A stretch of 64,000 bases of DNA from assembly GCA_002633005.1 (NCBI GenBank), contig NMRA01000417.1, positions 200,158 through 264,157 of the forward strand, given 5' to 3'. The notes under the pieces were generated by a model. The model did not search any database. It was not told the origin of the DNA and saw only the letters and a list, made by a program, of their open reading frames with translations. The translations under genes and the position numbers were made by a program. Shown here piece by piece: positions 57,701-64,000 of the stretch. Origin of the DNA: Phoronis australis. Lineage: Eukaryota; Animalia; Phoronida. The stretch's first letter is position 1. Each line of letters starts with the position of its first letter.

Positions 57701-60076
57701 GTAGCGCAGGTTTATCTAGTTTCATTTGTTTCAAGGCTCAGCTTTTGCCAAGTGTGATGTATAGTCTGTGTTTTGCGTTGATGCACCATGACATTTTGTA
57801 CGGTTGTGTTTTCATTTGAATCGTGAGTTCTGCTTAACAGTGTTCTTGCTTGTTCATGTCCAGTATGCCACAGTAACATGTCCAGGGTACACACTGGATA
57901 ACAGCACCAAGTGGCACTCTGCACGGTGCCCAACAATGCTTATGAGGTCTGGTTCCATTCAACTTATTTAGCTGATAAAGTTGATCATTTTTGTCCACTA
58001 TATTTATGCCTCTGATTAGAAAGGTGTGTGCTTGAGCTGGCTCTCGAGTGGACACGTGTCCTGACATAGACACTTTGTCTGACTGAAAGTAAAGCGGCTA
58101 TCAGTCTACCTCGCTTCAAAACAAGCAACTTTTGATTGACACTATTGATCTTAAATTGTTCTCTAATCAAAATTTTTTTTTTCTGGGATTGGAAAAAATA
58201 GCTGTTGGTTATTACTAGAGACCAGCTTCTACTAGTTGACCTGTCTCAGTGTGTCATAGTTTGTTATTACTAGAGACCAGCTTCTACTAGTTGACTTGTC
58301 TCGGTGTGTCATAGTTTGTTGAGCAGGGTCTCTAGCAATAACAAACTGTCATTTCTTTGCAAGACCAAAAGTCGCTGCCTATTTCAGTTACGAATAAGTT
58401 GAATCCAACCGTAAAGCAGTAAGTGATCTAAATCATTTTTTTGACGGAACACTGGTTCATAGCTGCCTTGGCCATCAAAGTTACTTTAATTGTGTCAAAC
58501 ACCTTGTTTGTGCAAATGGTGTACTTTGAAATCTGTCAGTTTTTTCCTGTTATGACAAATGCGTAATACGAAACCGACAGTGAGTTTACCATTTGCATTG
58601 TTCTAATGTTCTCAGGTAAAGTTGAGGTAATAGATGGTGTGTAAGTTGGCACCACATCTGTGAGTTAGCTCTGATGCGTGAAACTGCCTACTGTGATGTA
58701 GTCCTGAAGGTGGAGACACTGATCGGTCCCTGCCTCTGAATTCAGCCTAGTCTCATACTTGACTTGAAAATTTACCAATTGCACGACTCACTTTAAGTAC
58801 ACTTTCTCATTTCAACCAGGTCAATTGGTCAATTTTTGGGTTTTCCTATCTAGTTTGGAGTATACCGTGATGGTGTCGGGACTAGGACATAGTCATTTTA
58901 TCTCGTACTGAACATGCTTTGGTTCTTGTCTCCCCCTCAAAGTGTCCATGGCCTCATTATGATCATCATTTTATGCTTGCAGCTCTGTTGTTTGGGTTCA
59001 CCCCGGAGCCTGTTGAGCCTCCACTTAGCAGTAAAGTGGCACAGCACGACCGACCAGGGCAGGAGGCTGTTGGTGACTCTCACCTGACGAGCACACCTAT
59101 CGCACACCTGGTGACAGCTGATGCTGGCATTGGGTTACCTGTCAGTGTGGAGGACAGTAATGAACTGAGGCATCATCAACCGGTACACATCCACCAACCT
59201 CTTCAGGTCAATGACTCCATAAGGGAGACAGTGGACATTTGTGAACCAGCAGAAGTCACTACTCTGCATGACTTTGAACCTGATCAGTTGGAGGGAGATA
59301 ACTCTGACTCCTCGTTGAACATGCTGGAGGCAGTAACTCAGCTGGCTGAGGTGGGCAATTCAGAGGCTGTACAGTATGAAACAGTGGACTCGGACTCGGA
59401 GACACCCGACATTGGTCAAGCCTTGCTGTGTGTCACTGAACCAGTGTGCTCTGAGTCTGATCAGGATGATGGATGTGTGATTCCAGATCACCAGGTGGAG
59501 CAGCTGTCAGGTGAAGACATTTCTAGTGAAAGCTACCAGGTGGAGCAGCTGTCAGCTGGAGACGCTGCTGGGGAAAGTTGTGGTTACCAGATGGACCTTT
59601 CAGTAAGTGCAGATCTTACCAAGAGCTTTGCAGAGCACGAGGACCAGTATTCAGGTGTAGATCAGGCTGAGATGAGTGACTACGATAATGCAGAGGACCT
59701 AGCAAGACCACCGTTCACTGGTGAGCGGGAAGTAGATGATGGTAATACTGACTTAACAACACAGACAAGGGACTCTCGTATTGAGGAGACAGATCAGGGT
59801 GTGGTTGTAGAGGAGGAATCCAGCCAATCACAAACTGTGCCTGATTTAGCGTTGATCAACACTGGTGAATTTCCTGATGTGTTTGAAGGTGAGGAGTTGC
59901 ACATTAAAGAGGACATGGTTGATATTGCAGAGACAGATGGGGTCCACGATGATGACAAGAGGAATAGTGATGGACATGTCGACATGGGGGATAGTGGGCA
60001 GCAGAAAGAGTCTACATCATCTAGTGACGATGAGTTCATTGATACACAAGAACCTGTAGATGACGCACTGATCTGA
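553..60076 (+). CDS. ARHGEF11/12: RH-domain Rho guanine nucleotide exchange factor (PDZ-RhoGEF/LARG/DRhoGEF2 family); 5'-partial gene span, 33 coding exons in window
   Basis: Hand-spliced exons all have AG/GT boundaries and compatible phases. The translation contains IISMEDDEF, the RH segment (GPFSDLSVLKTKPAHLAVFIHYLISNSYDPSALLFYLV), a C1 zinc finger, DH (KRQEVINELFFTEKTHLRNLKIL...LCRRLQLKDLIPTEFHRLTKYPLL) and PH (LLEDLLVILQRQDDKYVLK...FTHSPIIKL). Linker motifs LSRSGSLK, RAKSDVNVD and SDLEVEP parallel human PDZ-RhoGEF as I recall it. ARHGEF11 versus ARHGEF12 orthology cannot be resolved here. Confidence 0.95.
886..1891 (+). mobile_element. Helentron/HINE (DINE-1-like) non-autonomous element with internal tandem array
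   Basis: T-run + GCGCCCACATAT head, (GTCC/GGCGTCC)n microsatellite, ~125-155 bp repeats sharing GTGCCMCCTAGTGGC, and a degenerate 3' end TCAATGCTCT...TTCTAGT. Homologous to 24498, 27969 and 28532. Confidence 0.7.
2042..2176 (+). CDS. ARHGEF11/12: RhoGEF exon, Ser-rich (LSSPSTGS...APVPW)
   Basis: tttcag|TTG ... TGG|gtgagt, 135 nt, phase 0/0, open frame. Confidence 0.75.
2584..2772 (+). CDS. ARHGEF11/12: RhoGEF exon (GGSRGGFHQKSPSMPETF...QQKVT)
   Basis: ttgcag|GGA ... ACG|gtaggt, 189 nt, phase 0/0. An alternative in-frame GT lies 6 nt upstream. Confidence 0.75.
3490..4137 (+). mobile_element. second HINE-like family, degenerate internal repeats
   Basis: Repeated GATCATGATGAAATTTGG / GCACCAGTCGATTTTCGGAC units, T-run start, ends in ...TTCTTGT. 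Confidence 0.5.
4585..5110. mobile_element. dispersed repeat, probable DNA-transposon terminus (homologous to 14616-15110)
   Basis: Colinear similarity with 14616-15110 (TAATAAG(G)CGCCC..GGGCGCTTAG; AAATTTACGCT; CGCTGCCTC..CGCGATCG). The CCGTA-type terminus suggests Tc1/pogo-like (inference). Confidence 0.55.
6160..6800 (+). mobile_element. degenerate HINE copy
   Basis: CACCCACATA head, CCGTCATCTCCGTC/GTCCGG region, GTGCCCCTTAGTGGC unit, 3' CTGCGTTGTTCTTGT. Confidence 0.55.
10030..10490 (-). mobile_element. possible decayed LINE (L2/CR1 group) 3' fragment
   Basis: The minus-strand ORF 10229-10498 has loose resemblance to the ORF2 C-terminus (...SSFK) followed by a T-rich 3' UTR. Weak. Confidence 0.25.
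14616..15110. mobile_element. dispersed repeat, probable DNA-transposon terminus (TA|CCGTATTCGCCCTAATAAGCGCCC)
   Basis: Second copy of 4585-5110. Confidence 0.55.
15669..17074. mobile_element. Kolobok-like non-autonomous DNA transposon (1.4 kb)
   Basis: TTAA|GGTAATCTTCAACCTTATT ... AATAAGGTTTGAGATAACC|TTAA: 19-bp TIR (16/19), TTAA on both sides, RR...YY termini. Confidence 0.7.
17593..17811. mobile_element. MITE with CAGGGCATGCGCG...CGCGCATGCCCGG termini
   Basis: Inverted termini and internal GTGGACYTTT repeats. A reverse-complement homolog lies at 45849-46062. Confidence 0.6.
19978..20500 (+). mobile_element. degenerate HINE copy
   Basis: GCGAATTTTCAGATGGATC, CCCTAGTG and GCACCACCTAGTGGCC units homologous to 886-1891. 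Confidence 0.5.
24498..24755 (+). mobile_element. young HINE 5' part, cut by assembly N at 24756
   Basis: Near-identical to 28532-28770. Hairpin CCACATAT-TT-ATATGTGG and (GTCC)n microsatellite. Confidence 0.8.
25564..25680 (+). CDS. ARHGEF11/12: RhoGEF exon (ATSLPTTMSVSELQ...DSGSE)
   Basis: tttcag|GCC ... GAG|gtcagt, 117 nt, phase 0/0, Ser/acidic composition. Confidence 0.7.
27969..29607 (+). mobile_element. HINE (outer copy)
   Basis: TATGTGCCCACATATTTATA head, internal tandem units, 3' end CATTTCAATGCTTCGCGTTGCTCTTGTT. Confidence 0.75.
28532..29098 (+). mobile_element. HINE (inner, younger copy; contains N gap 28888-29065)
   Basis: 5' ATGCGCCC and 3' GGGCGCAT subterminal inverted repeat, 3' hairpin CAATGC-TCT-GCGTTG then CTCTTGTT. 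The outer unit resumes at 29099. Confidence 0.8.
30214..30336 (+). CDS. ARHGEF11/12: RhoGEF exon with acidic IISMEDDEF motif preceding the RH domain
   Basis: taacag|CCA ... CAG|gtgaga, 123 nt. IISMEDDEFTSEEEQ matches the IIGxEDDDF motif of RH-RhoGEFs. Confidence 0.92.
31585..31830. repeat. ~70-bp degenerate tandem repeat
   Basis: Recurring GATGCTCTCCTA...TATCAATACACAAGTC.CACACTTTAC. Confidence 0.7.
32095..32208 (+). CDS. ARHGEF11/12: RhoGEF exon, RH domain start (AIDDHGPFSDL...DPSAL)
   Basis: ttacag|GCC ... CTG|gtgagt, 114 nt. Confidence 0.95.
32553..32651 (+). CDS. ARHGEF11/12: RhoGEF exon, RH domain (LFYLVSENYGSGSQKEMRKWAYEIYSTFLLKEA)
   Basis: ttgcag|CTG ... GCT|gtgagt, 99 nt. Confidence 0.95.
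32922..33090 (+). CDS. ARHGEF11/12: RhoGEF exon, RH domain (PLTVSVEDSV...LADFRNKRAL)
   Basis: ttacag|CCG ... TTAG|gttagt, 169 nt, phase 0/1. Confidence 0.95.
33778..33883 (+). CDS. ARHGEF11/12: RhoGEF exon, RH domain (GLSQFYGDQVL...)
   Basis: gtgcag|GT ... CT|gtaagt, 106 nt, phase 1/2. Confidence 0.9.
34095..34260. repeat. 30-bp tandem repeat (TGTTCACAGTGATGAACATGGCTT...)
   Basis: About five diverged units. Explains the overlapping spurious ORFs here. Confidence 0.75.
34288..34450 (+). CDS. ARHGEF11/12: RhoGEF exon, end of RH domain (RSQAMASALATFLKNLGI...KSNKK)
   Basis: ttgcag|T ... AAG|gtaggt, 163 nt, phase 2/0. Confidence 0.9.
35032..37231 (+). mobile_element. Kolobok-like DNA transposon, internally deleted (2.2 kb)
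   Basis: TTAA|AGGAGAATGCCACCC ... GGGTGGCATTCTCCT|TTAA: perfect 15-bp TIR, TTAA on both sides, AG...CT termini. Contains a THAP ORF. Confidence 0.88.
35203..35490 (+). pseudogene. THAP zinc-finger N-terminus of transposase (remnant)
   Basis: MSRCIVPAC...FFRLP...KW...RVCGRHF..DF gives the C2CH THAP signature. A possible degenerate AVPTIF-box region (LKPNDPTREIF) is in another frame at about 35520-35555. Confidence 0.85.
37310..37424 (+). CDS. ARHGEF11/12: RhoGEF exon, C1 domain first half (KGHNF...CANCHKALWGIGNQGYQC)
   Basis: gtttag|GTT ... A|gtaagt, 115 nt. H-x12-C-x2-C-x13-C pattern of PKC-type C1 domains. Confidence 0.95.
37567..37701 (+). CDS. ARHGEF11/12: RhoGEF exon, C1 domain second half (CEVSLHKNCLEKFEDLC...)
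   Basis: tcacag|AC ... A|gtaagt, 135 nt. C-x4-H-x2-C-x7-C completes the C1 domain. Confidence 0.95.
39640..39775. repeat. polypyrimidine simple repeat (CCCTCCCTCACCCCT)n
   Basis: Direct inspection. Confidence 0.9.
40910..41026 (+). CDS. ARHGEF11/12: RhoGEF linker exon (EKAKQLHGHDDSDPLLSPKTP...)
   Basis: tttcag|TT ... G|gtaaga, 117 nt, phase 1/1. Confidence 0.85.
42121..42274 (+). CDS. ARHGEF11/12: RhoGEF linker exon (PPREPQ...WVGKLVDRYQ...RAI)
   Basis: tttcag|CA ... AA|gtgagt, 154 nt, phase 1/2. Confidence 0.85.
42599..42641 (+). CDS. ARHGEF11/12: RhoGEF small exon (KEALSRSGSLKNEP)
   Basis: tttcag|A ... CCG|gtaagt, 43 nt, phase 2/0. LSRSGSLK resembles LGRSESLK. Confidence 0.88.
42829..42863 (+). 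CDS. ARHGEF11/12: RhoGEF micro-exon (RLGTKVNRRAK)
   Basis: ttacag|AGA ... AG|gtataa, 35 nt, phase 0/2. Needed for phase continuity and joins to give RAKSDVNVD. Confidence 0.85.
43944..44030 (+). CDS. ARHGEF11/12: RhoGEF exon (SDVNVDEETIKAL...SSSASSLSN)
   Basis: ttgcag|T ... AA|gtaagt, 87 nt, phase 2/2. Confidence 0.9.
44610..44809 (+). CDS. ARHGEF11/12: RhoGEF exon, start of DH domain (SDLEVEP...KRQEVIN)
   Basis: cttcag|A ... G|gtgagc, 200 nt, phase 2/1. Confidence 0.95.
44865..46160. mobile_element. hAT-like non-autonomous TIR element
   Basis: CAGACCTGTGTACC ... GGTACACAGGTCTG perfect 14-bp TIR, flanks TGTCCA / TATCCA. Interrupts a ~39-bp minisatellite. Confidence 0.75.
45849..46062. mobile_element. 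MITE nested in the hAT-like element, same family as 17593-17811
   Basis: GGCAAAGTGGGC.AAAAGGTCC...AAAAGTCCACTAAA is the reverse complement of 17697-17770. Confidence 0.6.
46706..46852 (+). CDS. ARHGEF11/12: RhoGEF DH exon (ELFFTEKTHLRNLKILDQLF...FPNLEEVIKVH)
   Basis: ttacag|AA ... A|gtatgt, 147 nt. Confidence 0.96.
47416..47495 (+). CDS. ARHGEF11/12: RhoGEF DH exon (TLNESMKKRHKESPVVPQVADLLLNR)
   Basis: tttcag|AG ... AGG|gtaaga, 80 nt, phase 1/0. Confidence 0.93.
48463..48588 (+). CDS. ARHGEF11/12: RhoGEF DH exon (FEGSAGDTFKRECAMFIRNQSYALELLK...)
   Basis: atttag|TTC ... GCA|gtgagt, 126 nt. Confidence 0.95.
48922..49039 (+). CDS. ARHGEF11/12: RhoGEF DH exon, CR3 (AESNQLCRRLQLKDLIPTEFHRLTKYPLLIENLMKYT)
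   Basis: ttgcag|GAT ... G|gtaggc, 118 nt. Confidence 0.96.
49596..49759 (+). CDS. ARHGEF11/12: RhoGEF exon, end of DH (EILQHVNQALKECEN...LTEYK)
   Basis: tttcag|TG ... AAA|gtaaga, 164 nt, phase 1/0. Confidence 0.95.
50187..50424 (+). CDS. ARHGEF11/12: RhoGEF PH exon (SLDLTQHKLLFNGDLTWR...SPIIKL...NAS)
   Basis: ttgcag|AGC ... G|gtaaga, 238 nt. Confidence 0.96.
50804..50891 (+). CDS. ARHGEF11/12: RhoGEF PH exon (DKRAFFLVSTSGVGPQIYDLVA...)
   Basis: ttacag|AT ... GC|gtaagt, 88 nt, phase 1/2. Confidence 0.95.
50905..51285. repeat. ~16-17 bp minisatellite (CATGCCCACATCAGTT)n
   Basis: Many diverged units directly after the donor at 50892. Confidence 0.85.
51902..52000 (+). CDS. ARHGEF11/12: RhoGEF exon, PH C-terminal helix (WFRNISDAVSEAQ...)
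   Basis: ttgtag|A ... AC|gtgagt, 99 nt. Supplies the invariant PH Trp. Confidence 0.93.
52350..52498 (+). CDS. ARHGEF11/12: RhoGEF exon (SEEKDKG...IIQPKEVVVS...)
   Basis: ttgcag|A ... G|gttggt, 149 nt, phase 2/1. Confidence 0.85.
52846..52955 (+). CDS. ARHGEF11/12: RhoGEF exon, helical (FIKQKDGEIKSALEEKHKMIAKMMNIP...)
   Basis: ttgtag|AC ... GAG|gttaga, 110 nt, phase 1/0. Confidence 0.88.
53470..53587 (+). CDS. ARHGEF11/12: RhoGEF exon (MSGEVDGEKEPRDLVLASIYQLDRLTSLI...)
   Basis: ttgcag|ATG ... G|gtatta, 118 nt, phase 0/1. Confidence 0.87.
54511..54608 (+). CDS. ARHGEF11/12: RhoGEF exon (VSVPKDEK...ITSCLQDYLSQLL)
   Basis: ttttag|CC ... CTG|gtaagt, 98 nt, phase 1/0. Duplicated downstream donors exist (see findings). 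Confidence 0.85.
54585..54905 (+). repeat. tandem array derived from exon 3' end plus splice donor (46/50-bp subunits, 96-bp period)
   Basis: CAGGAYTA...CTG|GTAAGYCATKTAGTGGTCAC repeated, with donor-like GT at 54609, 54693, 54739, 54789, 54835 and 54885. Confidence 0.9.
55533..55665 (+). CDS. ARHGEF11/12: RhoGEF exon (GLLSMKETEQ...PDRPSSYISV...)
   Basis: ttacag|GGC ... G|gtgagt, 133 nt, phase 0/1. Confidence 0.85.
56137..56175 (+). CDS. ARHGEF11/12: RhoGEF candidate symmetric micro-exon (DQGPKPAEDSSKP)
   Basis: tttcag|AT ... CAG|gtaact, 39 nt, phase 1/1. Could be skipped without a frameshift. Confidence 0.6.
58208..58348. repeat. 55-bp direct duplication plus inverted terminal copy (mini TIR element remnant)
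   Basis: GTTATTACTAGAGACC... twice (58208, 58263), then GGTCTCTAGCAATAACAAACTG as an inverted copy. Confidence 0.6.
58983..60076 (+). CDS. ARHGEF11/12: RhoGEF terminal coding exon, long acidic low-complexity tail ending ...EPVDDALI*
   Basis: ttgcag|CT in phase 1, matching the previous exon. Lies inside the 385-aa ORF 58919-60076 and ends in TGA. Confidence 0.8.
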
Positions 60077-61122
60077 GAGGTCGGGTGGTAGGATTTAGAT
60101 CGTAGTTGCCACCACTGTGTAGAAGTCTAGATTTGTGTACATAGCGATGCATTGTATATAGTATTGGTGCTTAAACAAGACTCTAAGGGCCACATTCAAG
60201 GCAAAGGGGTCACTAAAAACTTAGGTGAACTCTGGGAAGCTTTGTGTACTCTGTTTGGTGTGAGGCATCAGGATGATAGTTGTGCTTTTGCAAAAAGTGT
60301 CCACAATAGATGTTTAACACTGTAGATGGCGTGACCTCGGTGATGTACTGGCCATGCAATGGGTTGTGATAATGCAAATACAATGTCTGTGAATTTTAAT
60401 AGTGTAGTAATCTATTGAATGTTGTAATACATATTGGATTGAACTTTTTTGAAATGATATACGATAGTACTTGGTATATTATTTTCTTGAGTTTCTAAAC
60501 AGCACTCCAGTCTAGACATCTTGTCAAAGCTTCTTAAGTACGCACTGATATATCTCAGGGTTCTTATTTGGAAGGTCTTAATTCTCTAAAAAGGGGATTT
60601 TTCACTGGTTGTTGGCTCTAGGTATAACCAGACATGCTCCAATCTCATTGTCATTTACACCTGTGACATGGTACGATTTAAATTGCTTTATTGCCTCTGC
60701 TTGCTTTTTAAGTTGTTTTTTAATTTACGTTTTTGATGCCTTTCAATTGGCTCAATATGAGTAGCACATTTTTGTCATACACTCACTTGAGATGGCTAGT
60801 TCATGTTCTTGTGAACATTTTTGTCCAGTTGAAAATTGTCACGTAAAATATCAATACCATTATTTTGAACAAGGGAAGCACAACTAAAAGCTGTCACAAG
60901 CAAGTTGTATAAAATGTGTGTACAGAAGAGAATCAAATTAAACAGAGATCCATTTGTTAGTAAAATTTGTATAGTTGGGCACAGGATGATGCAGTTTCAT
61001 GTGTATGTATTGTAGATAGTTGACTTGTGCTTTGAACAGTTTGATCAACCATCTTTATACAGTCGTGTACAGAGAGATGCTTGTACAAAACAGAATCATG
61101 GTTGTACTAAAATTTGACTAGC

Positions 61123-61128
61123 AATAAA
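61123..61128 (+). terminator. candidate polyadenylation signal AATAAA (3' UTR about 1 kb)
   Basis: First canonical AATAAA I found downstream of the stop codon. The cleavage site cannot be determined from sequence. Confidence 0.45.
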
Positions 61129-61857
61129 GTTAATGCTACCTGCTCTACACTTTTCACCATTGGAATTATGGGATTGCTAAAAATGACAGGGAAATGGTTT
61201 GAACCCACAGTGTGGGGTGCTTAATATAAACAATGAGCAGTTATAATACAAGAGGGACGTATTATATGATACAAGGGGGATCATTAATTCAAAATTTCCA
61301 CTTGAGGGAGAAACACTATTGTATCGAAAATTGCCTTCTTGGGGGTGCAGCATTACCAATTTGTTGATTGGAGATAAAATTTTATGAAAGCATAATTGCT
61401 CATTTTATTAGCAGTAATCAAGTGATTGGGGCAGGTAAGATGGATGTTGATTGACAAAAGGGGCAGCATTGGTGGCGCTCTTAGTGTGGAAAATTTAATG
61501 ACCAACATTTTTGGCATAAGATAACATCAAAAAGCATAAATTGCCATTAGAGGGCTGAGCAGTTATAACATCTGCGGTCTTAAAGATTTTTCAGAGGGAC
61601 ATTATTGTTTTCACAGTTGAAACTCCATTTTGGGTATTACTGTTGATTGGAATAGTCTTTTTGAAGTTATTTGCCCTTGTGTGTTACCAAGTGCCAGGTG
61701 TGTTACCAAGTGCCAGGTCTTGCTTGTCAACCATACATTCACCAGTTGAGAATGTTGTTGATCGTGTGGGGTTTAGCCCCGCCAGCAGACGATTTGACAG
61801 CGACCGTGAAGGTTACAGGTTGGAATCCACGCTGAGCCAGACATCAGAAAATCACTT

Positions 61858-62275
61858 TAATAATAATAATAATAATAATAAACTTTATTTAGGATAAAAA
61901 TACAATAAATGTAAAACATGATTTAGCCAAAGGCTAATATCCAGCATATGGTCCTCTGCAGCAAGAAATTAAATTACGTTAGATAAACAGATTAAATTAA
62001 GATACAATAAGATACATTAAATAAAATAGTATTTACAAATTGGATAAACAAATTGAATTAAAGATAAATAAATTTTGGTAAATATATTGGAAAGACAAAA
62101 AGGAGGAACATCTATGACGACCACAGGTAACTGATGAGGTGGTGTCTGAAATTATAACAGTCAGCATCCTTAAGACAGGCAAATTGTTCCACTGTTTGAT
62201 GGTCTGAATAAAGAAGGACTTGGAATAAAACGATGTTCTGTGTCTGGGCTGAAACTGTCCCTCTAAGTGGCTTGT
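61858..62275 (-). mobile_element. 5'-truncated CR1/L2-group LINE, 3' end
   Basis: The minus strand of about 62161-62260 encodes RTSFYSKSFFIQTIKQWNNLP (the SFF...WNxLP motif at the end of RT ORF2). The 3' UTR ends in AAATAAAG followed by an (ATT)n tail at 61858-61880. Confidence 0.8.
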
Positions 62276-64000
62276 CAGATATAATGGCTCTAAAATAATA
62301 AAATTGACACTAGTGACACAGCACTGTTTGGATACAACCTAAAATAGACCCTTCCTTGATAAAAACACAGATGTCAAATTTGGTAAACATTGAGGCACCA
62401 CTAGTCAAAACCCGACGTCGGCCGTAACTGTTTTGAAAGGAGCATATCTCGGAAACTGAAAGGAGACGCATGCACCAGCAAATGTACGACGTGTCCGGAT
62501 TCTATCCTTGACGCGGTGAGGAATGTTTTTTGTTTAGGCCCCCATTCACAATAGGCTACAGCCAACAGTCTGTCCGTCGGATATCGCGCATTCAAAGTAG
62601 TGTAAATAGTGAACAGCAGCAGCCCAATGAGACGGAGGCAAAGTAAAGCTGGTTACAAATCAAACATAGTGCAAGGTCCAGCACTCAGAAAGGCGCGCGA
62701 AGCACACGCAATTGTTACAGAGACATTGCATCCCTGTCCTATGTTGTGTAAGTGCCGGTGTGCTTTAACACATATCAAAACTAATGTACATCCACGTAAC
62801 CACGTTTCACTACCCTTACAAATTCTCTGTTGCTCTCTGATAAGCATCGCAGATGCAAGAATCTCGCTAAAGAAGATAGTGTGATCGTGTGCTTCGCTTG
62901 CAATGCCTCACCATGCGTCTCGAAGTCTTTTGTCAGTCTAGCGTGCTCGTGAGATTCTCACCCTTGCGCCCCTGGACGCAGACTAGTAGCTGTCTTGGGA
63001 AATACAAAAATCTAGCCAAAATCACGCTTTCAATTAAAATACACATTACATCACGTAATTTCATGAATTCTTGTTTTTTAGCGAAGTCCTAGCGTTACGA
63101 GCTTTACCCCCATGTAAACCCAAAAACGATTGAACTTGCGGCGACCCAATTTTGCTTGCTCATCCACTGGTCTGTGTACTTGTGGTCTTGTTAATTCACA
63201 CCCTGTACCGTTTGAGGTACACCCTGGACTTCATGGTGTCCTGAGATTAAGATGAATCCCGACAAGGACACCGGGACCCTGTGGCACTCTGTCTGCGGCG
63301 ACTACGAAAATCCTCCACCAATCATTTCGAAAAATGACAAGTCAGTCGGAATCAGATTTGGTAGTCGTTGCTTCTTGTGGTCCTAGGGGTACGCTAACAA
63401 GAATACAGGACCTGGAGTGCGTTGCAACGGGTCTGGAATCTGAAAGGTGTTTCCAACCCGGAGTTCCATATCTACTTTCCACAGGACCTTGTCTTCTTGT
63501 CCATGTCACCGCCTTCAGTTGATAGTTTTGAGACAAAAAAGAAACGTGATCTTAAACTACAAACCATGCTTTTTGTATTACTTAAGATAGTTTTAGAGGC
63601 ATTTCAGCTGTAAGTGTGTTTAATTGTGTTTGATTCGAAAGAGATGACTGTTACATTGCTATAATTATTATTGTTCTATTTTTACGCGAGGTGATGCCAT
63701 ACTTGCTTCAAGGGTAAATAATTTTGGGAAGTATTACCAGCGATTTCCGTATATAAGTTCGGGAAACCAAACGTCTTATGTAAAAATACACCAGGACCTA
63801 TACTCGGCAACGCCGAATACACGAACACAGTAAATTAGTAGTGACTGAGGGAGACTGAGCTGCGCGAAATTGGTGACGACCGTGGACGGCGCTAAACTGG
63901 TGACGACCAGAAGAAACGACCCTGTTATCTTCCACGCAGATTATCAGAAAATGTTAACGATTTTCAGTTTTATTTCATCAACAAACAGATTTCACAAGTC

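Noticed and set aside
58919-60076. 385-aa ORF as an independent intronless gene
   Set aside because: The track start is a TTG codon in intron-like sequence. The acceptor at 58982/58983 is in the phase required by the upstream RhoGEF exon.
61760-61845. tRNA gene (GGTTGGAATCC B-box-like)
   Set aside because: No cloverleaf or clear A box. At most a decayed SINE head.

Overview
Eukaryotic (animal) genomic DNA, AT-rich with GT-AG introns. The C1-containing RH-RhoGEF and the repeat types point to a bilaterian invertebrate, possibly a lophotrochozoan (inference only). Almost the whole window (553-60076, + strand) is one multi-exon gene for an RGS-homology RhoGEF of the PDZ-RhoGEF/LARG/DRhoGEF2 (ARHGEF11/12) family. 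I traced 33 phase-compatible coding exons by hand (5052 nt including the stop, about 1683 aa). They encode a coiled coil, the acidic IIxxEDDxF motif, and RH, C1, DH and PH domains, a C-terminal helical region and a long acidic terminal exon. The N-terminus, including the expected PDZ domain, is upstream of the window. The introns hold many non-autonomous transposons: two TTAA-flanked Kolobok-like elements (one keeping a THAP zinc-finger ORF), Helentron/HINE-type elements with internal ~150-bp tandem arrays, hAT-like TIR elements and LINE 3' ends, plus minisatellites. The most notable observations are a stop-free tandem array that multiplies a 5' splice donor six times, filled and empty alleles of a HINE insertion side by side at an assembly N, and a four-level nested insertion. 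I found no clearly new biological system. Most short ORFs in the supplied track are spurious.
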